The notes beneath the pieces are model-generated. The model did no database searches. It worked only from the letters and a program-made list of their open reading frames with translations, and had not been told where the DNA came from. The position numbers and the translations under genes are program-made. This document shows, one piece after another, positions 20,633-29,935 of a DNA stretch of 64,000 nucleotides. The stretch is from Candidatus Moraniibacteriota bacterium. GTDB lineage: Bacteria; Patescibacteriota; Minisyncoccia; Moranbacterales; UBA2206. Where the stretch lies: assembly GCA_037137555.1 (NCBI GenBank), contig JBAXKA010000001.1, positions 1,874-65,873 on the forward strand, in the 5' to 3' direction. Each line of letters starts with the position of its first letter. The first letter of the stretch is position 1.

Positions 20633-20638
20633 ACCCAC

Positions 20639-21601
20639 CTAAATTTTCTTGTTTTTAATTAAAATTCTAAAATATGGACACTTTCCATTTATGCTTAAAT
20701 CTTTTTCATCATCACCTTTGCGAAATTTTATAATCTCAAACTGCTCCGGATTATATTTATCTAAAAAAGTAATCGGCACGCCCATCGTTCCGGCATAATC
20801 CATTGGGATATCTTTTGTCTTATTAATATTTATTGCATCATAATTATCATATTTTGGATAATCTTCTGGATTATATTGTTTGTATAAAATTAAATCTTCG
20901 TGTCGTTTATTTATTTCTAAGTTAGTGAACCAGACAACACCAGAAACTCTAATCATTCCATCCTTATGATCTCCAGCAGTTGCATAATCTTCATAATGCG
21001 TATTAATAAAATGTGCCGCCCCACCATTAAACCCATAGCCTAGCCATAATTTATCATCCTTGATCAATTTAAATATTTCTTTATATGTTATAGCATTTTG
21101 ATGTCCAATAATAATAAACTTCTTATCATACTCAACCAATTGTGCCACATATTCCCGAAACAAAGAAAAAGGCGGATTAGTCACCACGATATCAGCTTGC
21201 TTTAAAAGTTCAATACATTCAGGACTTCTGAAATCACCATTCTTTTTTAAATGCTTGATACCAATTTCTGAAATATCTGGCACTCGATTTTCATTTTTAT
21301 CGCCAATGTATTCCAAATAAATCGCTTTTTCAGAATTATTTTGACTGAACAAATCGACACTTTGATTTTTATAACAAGTTGTGATTAATTTTTTGAGTCC
21401 TAGAAATTCAAAATTATAGGAAAAATAATGAAAAAAATTGCTCACTCTTGGATCATCGCAATTGCAAAAAACTGTTTTGCCCTTGAAATGATTTTTATAA
21501 TGAGCTAACTCTCTAGTGATATCCGCAAGTTGTGTATAAAACTCATCATTTTTGGCTTTGTTGGCTTTATGTAAATTTTGATTGGAAGATTTTCCTGCCA
21601 T
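20639..21601 (-). CDS. Adenine-specific DNA methyltransferase, EcoRI-methylase family
   Basis: KNDEFYT, CNCDD, GDFRS, VVTNPPFSLF and MGVPITFLDK motifs. Confidence 0.9.
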   Translation of the reverse strand: MAGKSSNQNLHKANKAKNDEFYTQLADITRELAHYKNHFKGKTVFCNCDDPRVSNFFHYFSYNFEFLGLKKLITTCYKNQSVDLFSQNNSEKAIYLEYIGDKNENRVPDISEIGIKHLKKNGDFRSPECIELLKQADIVVTNPPFSLFREYVAQLVEYDKKFIIIGHQNAITYKEIFKLIKDDKLWLGYGFNGGAAHFINTHYEDYATAGDHKDGMIRVSGVVWFTNLEINKRHEDLILYKQYNPEDYPKYDNYDAININKTKDIPMDYAGTMGVPITFLDKYNPEQFEIIKFRKGDDEKDLSINGKCPYFRILIKNKKI

Positions 21602-21664
21602 AAAATTGAATAAATTGCTTAATTATTTTCAGCATATCTTTTTTTTATTTTGTGCCGTATTTCT

Positions 21665-21685
21665 ATTATACCAAAACAAATCAAA
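21665..21685 (-). promoter_or_regulatory. Duplicated extended -10 promoter block, copy 1
   Basis: TTTGATTTGTTTTGGTATAAT on minus strand, identical to 23150-23170. Confidence 0.75.
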
Positions 21686-21689
21686 TCTC

Positions 21690-21740
21690 GAGGAAAAATT
21701 GTGATGATGTCGAAACGCATATTTTTTGGTGATTATTTTC
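21690..21740. repeat. 51-bp direct repeat, copy 2 (orphan trmD start, MRFDIITIFP)
   Basis: Identical to 18875-18925. Confidence 0.95.
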
Positions 21741-23034
21741 TTAAAAACTCCTCAAAAAAGTTTTTTATTTCAATCTTTCCTCCTTCTACCTTTATCTCTT
21801 CCGAATAACCCATCGTAATAAGCTGAGCTTTTTTAAGTTTAAATTTTTTCATCGCTTCTTTCAATCCAGCGATTTCTCTCTCTCTGTTTCCCTCATTCAA
21901 CTCCCAACAAGCATTTATTGCTTTTTCAATTTTAACGCCTTTTCGCAAAAGAAAATCTATTTCATTTTTTCCTTTCCAATAAAAAATATCTTCGCCTTTT
22001 CGACGATATTCTAGAAAAACCATATTTTCAAAAATACGCCCCAAATTTTCACTGAATCGAAAAGAAACTGCTCGATAAATTCCCAAATCAATAACATACA
22101 CTTTCTCCGGATTAGCTTTTTGCTTCAAATAAGAATAGTCAAATAAATTTATTCCTTGAGTTAAAAAAACATCCTGAGCGTAAGTAAAAAATTTATTCGC
22201 CGTAGGTTGAGAAATAGCCAGAGTTTTTTCCGCCCGATAACCGGAAAAGCTAGTAGCAATACTAGTTACTAGGTTTATATAATACTCCTTAATCTTTTTA
22301 GTATCTCGCACATCATATCTCTGCACAATATCTTTTTCGATAATAGAAGAATAATAATCTTTTAAGAGTTGTAATTTATCTTGAACTTTCGAACTCAGAA
22401 CCACGCGTGGAAAACCACCATACCGCAAATATTCCATAAACTGATTTTTCAATGCCGGCAGTTCCCTTCCGCCAGAAAAATTAATTAGCTTTTGTTTATT
22501 TTTAAAAAGCAGAAACTCCCAAAAACTCAAAGGAAATATTTCATTAGTATAAATTCTTCCCGTAAGTGCTGTACCATATTCCTTGGAAAGTAACTTGGAG
22601 GACGAACCAGTTATATAGAATTTTATTCGTTCTTCCCGATCATGGAGACCACGAACAAATTTTTCCCATCCGTCTATATACTGAACTTCATCAAGCACAA
22701 TTAAAATTTTTCCTTCGGGACTGAATTTTTCCAAATAAGCATCCAGCAATTGAGCGAGAAACTCCAATTTCAGTTGTGGTGCGAAGGCTGGCTCTTCAAA
22801 ATTGATATAGAGAGTATTCTCCTTGGGAAGTCCCTGCTCAACAGCTTTTTTTAAAACCTGAAGTAAAATAGTAGATTTTCCTGATCGCCTAATTCCAGAA
22901 ACTATTGAAACTTCTTTGATATTCTTTTGTCGCAACAATTCTTTCACATAGCCAACCCGCTCTATGCCTGTTTCACGCACACCACCCCACAAATTCCAAT
23001 AAGCCAGAATTTCAATGATTTGCACTTTATTCAT
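21733..23034 (-). CDS. AAA+ ATPase (AAA_14) with DUF4143 domain
   Basis: GIRRSGKST, LDEVQ, TGSSS, GGFP, KVYVIDLG and EIDF motifs. Confidence 0.9.
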   Translation of the reverse strand: MNKVQIIEILAYWNLWGGVRETGIERVGYVKELLRQKNIKEVSIVSGIRRSGKSTILLQVLKKAVEQGLPKENTLYINFEEPAFAPQLKLEFLAQLLDAYLEKFSPEGKILIVLDEVQYIDGWEKFVRGLHDREERIKFYITGSSSKLLSKEYGTALTGRIYTNEIFPLSFWEFLLFKNKQKLINFSGGRELPALKNQFMEYLRYGGFPRVVLSSKVQDKLQLLKDYYSSIIEKDIVQRYDVRDTKKIKEYYINLVTSIATSFSGYRAEKTLAISQPTANKFFTYAQDVFLTQGINLFDYSYLKQKANPEKVYVIDLGIYRAVSFRFSENLGRIFENMVFLEYRRKGEDIFYWKGKNEIDFLLRKGVKIEKAINACWELNEGNREREIAGLKEAMKKFKLKKAQLITMGYSEEIKVEGGKIEIKNFFEEFLRK

Positions 23035-23063
23035 ACATAAGTATAGTTTAGCAATTTATATCA

Positions 23064-23093
23064 AAATACTAAAGTATATTTTAGTATTTGTCA
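23064..23093 (-). promoter_or_regulatory. Promoter overlapped by a palindromic operator-like site
   Basis: TTGACA-N17-TAGTAT; AAATACTAAA-N6-TTTAGTATTT palindrome. Confidence 0.6.
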
Positions 23094-23149
23094 AGCGATT
23101 TAATTCGCCCTTTATTTTCAAAAACAACATTTATTCATGCTACATATTC

Positions 23150-23197
23150 ATTATACCAAAACAAATCAAAAAAGGCTAACTTTCGTCAGCCTTTTTT
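23150..23197 (-). terminator. khpA terminator fused to promoter block copy 2
   Basis: AAAAAGGCTGAC-GAAA-GTTAGCCTTTTT hairpin followed by TGGTATAAT. Confidence 0.75.
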
Positions 23198-23219
23198 ATT
23201 TCACAAAATTTCAATCAAA

Positions 23220-23570
23220 TTAGACAATATCACCAACAACATCATCAATACTTTTTCGCACTTCTTCTCTTGGCTCTCGTGGTTCGCGATCTTCTCTTGG
23301 TTTTCTTTCAGATCCTTCTGGTTCGTTAATTTTAAGATTGACTCTGGCATTATTTCTAGCACCAATCACACGAAGCAAAGTTCGCAAAGCTTTCGCAGTT
23401 GCTCCTTCACGACCAATTATCATTCCCATATCCTCAGGATTGACATCGAGTGTAATAAGCACACCCATCTCATCGATTTTTCTTTCAACCTTAACATCAT
23501 CCGGATTATTTACAACTTGTTTTACAACATACTCAACAAACTCTTTGTCAGTCACTTGAATTGTAGTCAT
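23220..23570 (-). CDS. khpA: KH-domain RNA-binding protein
   Basis: DMGMIIGREGATAKALRTLL; usual neighbour of trmD. Confidence 0.88.
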   Translation of the reverse strand: MTTIQVTDKEFVEYVVKQVVNNPDDVKVERKIDEMGVLITLDVNPEDMGMIIGREGATAKALRTLLRVIGARNNARVNLKINEPEGSERKPREDREPREPREEVRKSIDDVVGDIV

Positions 23571-23719
23571 TTTCGTATTTCTAGATTAAAGTTTATATTT
23601 TTTCGTAAGAACGCTTCGGAAGATCGACCACCCACCATCGCTCTATTTTCTTACTTTCTATATTATACTATTTGCTAATTATTCTGTCAAAAAAACAAAT
23701 ACTCTCAAGTTTAAATCTG

Positions 23720-24517
23720 CTAATTAAGTCGTTTTTTGGCAATCCTTTTAAGTTCAAAATTAAATTCCGCAATTGCTTGATCAATCATCGGATCAAAATG
23801 CTCATAAATTTTTTTATTTTTAACAACCACGCTTGCTTCTAAAAGTGAATCGTATGTTCCAGCATCCAACCAAGCACCTTTAATTTTTTCAACTTTAAGT
23901 TCTCCCATTTTCATATAACACCGATTAATATCTGTCACTTCAATTTCTCCTCGTTTGGATGGCTTGAGTTTTTTGGCAATTTTAATAACTTGATTATCAA
24001 AAACATAAAAACCTGTTACAGCAAAATTACTTTTGGGTTTTTTTGGCTTCTCTTCAATTGAAATTACTTTGTCATTTTTATCAAATTCCACCACACCAAA
24101 ACGCTCAGGATCACTTACTTTTTTAGCAAAAACCAAACCGCCTTTTTTGAAATTTTTAATTTTCGCACTTAAATCATCTTCAAAAATATTATCACCCAGT
24201 GCCATCGCTACACTATCTTTGCCAATAAAAGTTTCTCCCAAAATAAAAGCATCCGCCAAACCTTTGGGAATTTTTTGCACACGAAATTCTAAGTGAATTC
24301 CCACTCCTTCAAAAATTGAACCAAGCAAATTAATAAATTGTCCTGAATGTTCCGGCGCAACAATAATTAAAATTTCTTTAATCCCCGCTTTAATTAAAAC
24401 ATTTATTGGATAAAAAATCATTTGTCGATCATAGACTGGCAAAAGTTGTTTGCTTGTTGTTGCGGTCAATGGAAATAATCGCGTTGCTGTTCCACCGGCT
24501 AAAATTATCCCTTTCAT
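23720..24517 (-). CDS. rfbA: Glucose-1-phosphate thymidylyltransferase-like
   Basis: GIILAGGTATRLFP, SKQLLPVYD, EEKP and WLDAGT motifs. Confidence 0.85.
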   Translation of the reverse strand: MKGIILAGGTATRLFPLTATTSKQLLPVYDRQMIFYPINVLIKAGIKEILIIVAPEHSGQFINLLGSIFEGVGIHLEFRVQKIPKGLADAFILGETFIGKDSVAMALGDNIFEDDLSAKIKNFKKGGLVFAKKVSDPERFGVVEFDKNDKVISIEEKPKKPKSNFAVTGFYVFDNQVIKIAKKLKPSKRGEIEVTDINRCYMKMGELKVEKIKGAWLDAGTYDSLLEASVVVKNKKIYEHFDPMIDQAIAEFNFELKRIAKKRLN

Positions 24518-24535
24518 AAAATTTTTAAATTAAAA

Positions 24536-25369
24536 TTAAATCTTAAAAAAATTCTCTGCTGTTTTGTTTGTCATTTTTGCAATAATTTCTTCGCTTGAAT
24601 TTTTTAGCTCAGCAATCTTTTGGGCTATATGCTTTATATAAATCGGCTCATTTCTTTTTCCACGCCTTGGTACTGGTGCCAGATAAGGGCAATCAGTTTC
24701 GAGCATAATTTTCTCAAGTGGAATTTTCCTAATCACATCAAAAATTTCCGCATTTGATTTATTATAAGTGATATTGCCGGAAAAAGAAAATATAAAATTT
24801 TTTCTTGCTAATATTTTTTTTGTAAAATTTAATCGTCCACCAAAACTATGCCAGACAAAATTTAACTCTGGAAATTGAGAAATAATCTCAAAAATATCAC
24901 AATAAGCGTCATCAGACTCGCGATAAATATCCACTATTTCTGGTCGTGATCCACGACAATGCAAAATTACTGGCAACTTTAATGCTCTGGCAAATTCTAA
25001 TTGCAGTATAAAACCTTTTTTTTGTAATTCTTTTTGTTCGTCTGAAATTAAATTTCCATCTGGCATAAAATAATCCAAACCAATCTCGCCAATCGCTCTG
25101 ATTTTTTTACTAGAAGATAACGCTTTAAACTCAGCAATTTTATCAAAACTTTTTTCGCCATATTGCATAAAATAATGCGGATGCAGTCCGATCGAACAAA
25201 AAATATTTTCATATTTTTCAGCTAGTGCCACCGAACGAACACTGCTACCAAAGCTTGCGCCAATATTTATTATTTTTTTTATGCCACCAGAAAAAGCCCG
25301 CGAGATCACTTCATCACGATCTGCGTCAAATTGTTTGTCATCAAGATGGGCATGGGTTTCGATTAGCAT
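24536..25369 (-). CDS. tatD: TatD family hydrolase
   Basis: THAHL, IGEIGLDY and ETDCPYL motifs. Confidence 0.9.
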   Translation of the reverse strand: MLIETHAHLDDKQFDADRDEVISRAFSGGIKKIINIGASFGSSVRSVALAEKYENIFCSIGLHPHYFMQYGEKSFDKIAEFKALSSSKKIRAIGEIGLDYFMPDGNLISDEQKELQKKGFILQLEFARALKLPVILHCRGSRPEIVDIYRESDDAYCDIFEIISQFPELNFVWHSFGGRLNFTKKILARKNFIFSFSGNITYNKSNAEIFDVIRKIPLEKIMLETDCPYLAPVPRRGKRNEPIYIKHIAQKIAELKNSSEEIIAKMTNKTAENFFKI

Positions 25370-25371
25370 AA

Positions 25372-26805
25372 TCACTTAATCCTCCCAAACAAAACCGCAT
25401 CCAGCTTTTTTGTCTCAAGGGCTTTTTTAATTTTCTCGGAAGTTTCTGGCAAAAACGGTTTTAAATATTCTGAAATTACAAATAAATTATTCGCCAACTC
25501 GCTCATGACTTTTTCAAATTCGCTAATATTATTTTTTACAAGTTCCCAGGGTTTTTTCTCTTGCATTTTTTGATTGCTATCTCTAACTATATTTTTTATC
25601 AATTCTAACGCCTGATCTAATTCCATCGTTTCGATTAATTGGCAAAGTGCATTATTTGAAATTATTTTTGATTCGTTGGTCGGTAACTCAAATTTTAAAC
25701 TGCTTTTTTCAAAAAGTTTTATTACTCGCGAAACTAAATTTCCCAAACCATTGGCTAAATCAGCATTATATCTTTCTGTTAATTTTTCCCAAGTAATATC
25801 AAAATCCTCACCAAAATTTGCTCCGACCAAAAGCAAATAACGCGTAGCATCAGTTCCAAATTTCTCCACCATTTCATACGGCAAAATTACATTGCCCAAA
25901 GATTTGCTCATCTTTTTCCCATCAACTATAATAAAACCATTTACAAAAATTTGTTTAGACTTTGGCAACTTGGCCGACATTAACATTGCTTGCCACATCG
26001 CTGATTGTTGACGCAAATTATCTTTGCCACATATCTGCACGACCGGCCAAAATTTTTCAAAATTCTCTAAATTATTTGGCCAACCTAAGGATGAAATATA
26101 ATTCACAAGCGCATCAAACCAAACATATATCACATGATTATCATCACCGGGCACTGGCACGCCCCAAGCCATTTTGCTTTTAAGTCGAGAAATACTAAAA
26201 TCTTCAAGTCCTCGCTCCACAAAACTTCGCACCTCCTTCATTTTTTTTTGTGGCAAAACAAAATCTGGATTATTTTTATATAATTCTAAAAGTTTTTCTT
26301 GATAGGCCGAAAAACGAAAAAAATAATTTTCCTCTTCAATGGTTTCAATCTCCATATTGGGATGATCGGGACATTTTCCTTTTATCAATTCTGAATCCGT
26401 TTTTTCCAATTCACATCCAACGCAATATTTTATTTTATACTTTTTTTTATAAATATCGCCATTTTTCTCGCAAAGTTGCCAAAAAGTTTGCACCGCTTTA
26501 ACATGTTCAATATCCGTAGTTCTCACAAAATTATCATAACTCAAATCAAGCGCTTGTTTTAATTTATTAAATTCCGGCACGATATTATCGCAATATGCTT
26601 GCATATCCAGCTTAAGTTCTTTCGCTTTTTGATAAATCTTTTGTCCATGCTCATCTGTTCCAGTATTAAAAAAAACTACATCGCCTATTTCCCGATGATA
26701 CCTTGCCAAAACATCTGCTTCAACAATCTCCATTGCAAAACCAATGTGCGGTTTAGCATTAACATAAGGCAATGTTGTTGTTATATAAAAGTTATTTTTT
26801 GGCAT
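25372..26805 (-). CDS. metG: Methionine--tRNA ligase (short form)
   Basis: PYVNAKPHIG, GTDEHG, YVWFDAL and KMSKS motifs. Confidence 0.96.
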   Translation of the reverse strand: MPKNNFYITTTLPYVNAKPHIGFAMEIVEADVLARYHREIGDVVFFNTGTDEHGQKIYQKAKELKLDMQAYCDNIVPEFNKLKQALDLSYDNFVRTTDIEHVKAVQTFWQLCEKNGDIYKKKYKIKYCVGCELEKTDSELIKGKCPDHPNMEIETIEEENYFFRFSAYQEKLLELYKNNPDFVLPQKKMKEVRSFVERGLEDFSISRLKSKMAWGVPVPGDDNHVIYVWFDALVNYISSLGWPNNLENFEKFWPVVQICGKDNLRQQSAMWQAMLMSAKLPKSKQIFVNGFIIVDGKKMSKSLGNVILPYEMVEKFGTDATRYLLLVGANFGEDFDITWEKLTERYNADLANGLGNLVSRVIKLFEKSSLKFELPTNESKIISNNALCQLIETMELDQALELIKNIVRDSNQKMQEKKPWELVKNNISEFEKVMSELANNLFVISEYLKPFLPETSEKIKKALETKKLDAVLFGRIK

Positions 26806-26822
26806 ATTTTTTATAAAAAAAT

Positions 26823-27515
26823 CTAATAAGCTACCACCACAAATTCCCCTTTAATTTTATCTTTATTTTCCATAAAATAATTCAAAACTTGCGAGACATC
26901 TCCTCGCACAATTTCTTCAAACATTTTTGTCAGCTCGCGTCCGAGAATTATTTTTTTATCTGGTGCGAGACTTTTCAAAAGTTCTAAATTTTTAATAACC
27001 CGATGCGGTGATTCGAAATAACTGACAGGATATTTTTGTGCCACAACTTCCTTGAAAAAAGTTTCTCGCCCTTTTTTATGTGGCGGAAATCCCAGAAAAA
27101 TAAACTTCGTCAAATCAATTCCTGCAATACTAATCATTGCTCCCAATGCTGAAGCTCCAGGAATCGGAACCACTATTATATTATTTTCATAGGCAGTTGC
27201 CACCATTTGTTTTCCCGGATCAGATATGCCGGGAGTTCCCGCATCACTAACTAGCGCCACATTTTTTCCCATTTTTAATTCTTCTATAAAATATTCCAAT
27301 CGTGGTGCCGGCTTCACCGCTCCGCCTGTTTTTTGCATTTGATAAAAAGGCACCGCCTTAGTTGCAATAGCATAATGATTCAACAGTTTTTTAGTTACTC
27401 GCGTATCTTCGCAAATAACAAAATCTACATTTTTCAATGTTTCAATGGCACGAATAGTCATGTCGCCTAAGTTGCCAATCGGTGTGGCGATAATATATAA
27501 TATTCCATTATTCAT
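26823..27515 (-). CDS. rsmI: 16S rRNA C1402 2'-O-methyltransferase
   Basis: ATPIGNL, CEDTR, SDAGTPGISDPG and RELTK motifs. Confidence 0.94.
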   Translation of the reverse strand: MNNGILYIIATPIGNLGDMTIRAIETLKNVDFVICEDTRVTKKLLNHYAIATKAVPFYQMQKTGGAVKPAPRLEYFIEELKMGKNVALVSDAGTPGISDPGKQMVATAYENNIIVVPIPGASALGAMISIAGIDLTKFIFLGFPPHKKGRETFFKEVVAQKYPVSYFESPHRVIKNLELLKSLAPDKKIILGRELTKMFEEIVRGDVSQVLNYFMENKDKIKGEFVVVAY

Positions 27516-27555
27516 AATTCAAGCTTAGCCTAAATAGATTTTTTTTTCAAGCCCC

Positions 27556-27752
27556 TTGACAAAACTAGTATTTAGATATATGTTATCAGGTCAATTCGTT
27601 CTTTTTAAAAAAGAATAAATTTAGTGATTTGCCACAGCAGATAGGTTTTTGATCGATAAAAAGATAAAAACTTTTCTGCTGTGGCGAAACCATATCACAA
27701 ATATCGGCCAAGTCCAACAGTATTTTTTTTTTAGCAAAAAAAGGAGAACAAC
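27556..27752 (+). promoter_or_regulatory. Promoter plus long structured 5' leader
   Basis: TTGACA-N17-TATGTT; GCCACAGCAGA/TCTGCTGTGGC inverted repeat; SD AGGAG. Confidence 0.55.
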
Positions 27753-28292
27753 ATGAAAAATTTAGTAGCAGTATTTTTTTGTTTGTTGGCAATGGTATTT
27801 GTTCCAGCTTTTGCTGGATCAAGTGAAAATCAAATGTGGGTCAGCACCCACAATTACTCCTACACCCAAATGGAAATGCCCTCAGGCATTTCCATGACAG
27901 CGGAAATGACCGCTACGGAATTTGTGATGACTATTCGTGGTGTGGATAGTCTCACGACTTACTTAAGGTTGAATTTGCCAACCGGAACTTCGTCAGTGGC
28001 ATCTCCCGGAGGTCCGCAAACGATCGCTAGGCGCTACGGTTATATCGACGCAGCAGGAAAGTTTAAAAAAAATTCCGCAGGAGATTGGGAAATCTCCGTG
28101 CCGAAAGTAGTGTTATGCCAAGACAAATCTATCAATGCTTTCTTTCCCGCATTGATGATGTATGATGAAAAAAATCCATCTCAGCAAACGGAGGTGGAAT
28201 TGTATCCCAACTCGGAATATTTTAAGTTGGGCAATGGCCTGAAGACTGGCATCGTAAATCATGGCATGGCCATGATGGTCGATTGCCAGTAA
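27753..28292 (+). CDS. Secreted hypothetical protein
   Basis: Signal peptide ending AFA; SD upstream; higher GC than flanks. Confidence 0.7.
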   Translation: MKNLVAVFFCLLAMVFVPAFAGSSENQMWVSTHNYSYTQMEMPSGISMTAEMTATEFVMTIRGVDSLTTYLRLNLPTGTSSVASPGGPQTIARRYGYIDAAGKFKKNSAGDWEISVPKVVLCQDKSINAFFPALMMYDEKNPSQQTEVELYPNSEYFKLGNGLKTGIVNHGMAMMVDCQ

Positions 28293-28307
28293 CTCTTAAC
28301 AACCAAC

Positions 28308-28343
28308 CCCGCCTGACATAAATTTTATGTCAGGCGGTTTTTT
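28308..28343 (+). terminator. Intrinsic terminator
   Basis: CCGCCTGACATAAA/TTTATGTCAGGCGG followed by a T run. Confidence 0.85.
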
Positions 28344-28439
28344 ATTGCCAAATACTATTGCAATAATGTATAGTATATTTATTCTATCAAGTTTAAAATT
28401 TAAATTTTAATTTTTAAAAAATACTCTCATCAAACTCTT

Positions 28440-28916
28440 ATGATTCTTGCAACCCACGCTCTCACCGGTGCTGTTATTGGAAAAAATATTGATAACCCTT
28501 GGCTTATTATTATTTTAGCGTTAACTATTCATTTTATTATGGACAGTTTTCGCCATGGAGAATATTTTGATGATCGCACAGCTTCAATTAAAACGACTTG
28601 GTGGAAAGTGGCACTTGATTTATTTTTTGCTTTTTCTGTTCTCCTCTCTGCTTTTTATTTCCAGCAATTTAATTTTGAAAAAACATATCACATTCTATTG
28701 GGCTCTTTCTTTTCTATGTTTCCTGATCTCTTAACTGTTTTTTATTGGAAATTTCATTTTAAATTTCTGGAAAAAATTAAAACCTTTCATTCTTTTTGTC
28801 ATAGATATACTCGCTTTCCCAAATATTCCCCCGAACGAATGTGGACAGTTCGTAATGCCATTAATGATATTTTAATTTCCAGCGTTGCTATTATTATGCT
28901 TTTCTTTTTTCTATAA
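28440..28916 (+). CDS. Membrane protein, metal-dependent hydrolase-like (YdjM/DUF3307-like)
   Basis: THALTG, HFIMD, PD and H..CH motifs in TM context. Confidence 0.6.
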   Translation: MILATHALTGAVIGKNIDNPWLIIILALTIHFIMDSFRHGEYFDDRTASIKTTWWKVALDLFFAFSVLLSAFYFQQFNFEKTYHILLGSFFSMFPDLLTVFYWKFHFKFLEKIKTFHSFCHRYTRFPKYSPERMWTVRNAINDILISSVAIIMLFFFL

Positions 28917-29916
28917 AATCATTTACTGCAAGACTGATAGCTGTCGCAACGGGAATGGCCAAGATCGATCCCATCACGCCACCCAAACGAAGTCCCACCA
29001 AAAGAGCAATAATTGTTGTAACAGGATTTAGTCCGACGGCTTTTTTCATCACCTGAGGAACAATTAAATTATTTTCTAGCTGTTGTGCAATTAAATAAAC
29101 TAATAATGCCAAAAATCCGGTTGTAGGAGAAATTAAAAATCCCAAAATAACACCAGGCACCGCGGAAATTATTGGTCCGATATAGGGAACGATTTCCATT
29201 ACTCCGGCAAAAATTGCCAAAATTAAAGCATACGGAACGCCAACCAAATAAAGTCCAATTGCATCAAGCACGAAAATCATTAACATTAAAAATAGTTGTC
29301 CGAGCATCCACTTGCCAATTTTTTCCTTAATTCGCGTAGTCAAGTCCGCTGCATAAACTTTATATTTATCTGGCGTAACAGAAACAATAAATTTTTTAAT
29401 GCCACTTTCTTCTACTGTCATATAAAAGGCTAAAGAAAAAACCACTACGATAGAAATAAAACCAGAAAAAACACTGGCTGTTTTGGAAAAAATACTTCCT
29501 GATAGGCTTGTTATTGACCCAGTAAAGTTATCTGCCAATTGTTGTAAGTCGAGATTGATATTTTTACTCACAAAAAAATCTTTCAAATGTGCAAATGAAG
29601 CTTCGCCTGTTTGAAAATATCTAGGAAAATTCTGAGAAAAATCTTGAAACTGGGCAATCATTGGTGGAAAAAGAAATGAAATAGCCAGGCCAATTGCTAA
29701 AAATAATAATAAAAATAATCCCAACACACCAACTGTTCGGGGAATTTTTTTTGTTTGTAACCAATCAACTAGCGGATCCATCGCTGAAGTAATAATCACA
29801 GCGATAACTACCAAGGCAATCACATCTAACACGAGATACAAAAACCAGATTGCCAGAAGAACAAAAATAGTTCTGAAAACTATGCCAGTGGAAATTTCGA
29901 TTTCATTTTTTTGCAT
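28894..29916 (-). CDS. AI-2E family transporter
   Basis: Multi-TM; IVPYIGP, QQLENN and GSILAIP motifs. Confidence 0.9.
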   Translation of the reverse strand: MQKNEIEISTGIVFRTIFVLLAIWFLYLVLDVIALVVIAVIITSAMDPLVDWLQTKKIPRTVGVLGLFLLLFLAIGLAISFLFPPMIAQFQDFSQNFPRYFQTGEASFAHLKDFFVSKNINLDLQQLADNFTGSITSLSGSIFSKTASVFSGFISIVVVFSLAFYMTVEESGIKKFIVSVTPDKYKVYAADLTTRIKEKIGKWMLGQLFLMLMIFVLDAIGLYLVGVPYALILAIFAGVMEIVPYIGPIISAVPGVILGFLISPTTGFLALLVYLIAQQLENNLIVPQVMKKAVGLNPVTTIIALLVGLRLGGVMGSILAIPVATAISLAVNDFIEKRKA

Positions 29917-29935
29917 ATATTTTATTATTAAATGC

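Noticed and set aside
23600-23645. GC-richer patch in the khpA leader as a regulatory RNA
   Set aside because: Only a 6-bp outer stem (AGAGCG/CGTTCT); too weak without homologues.
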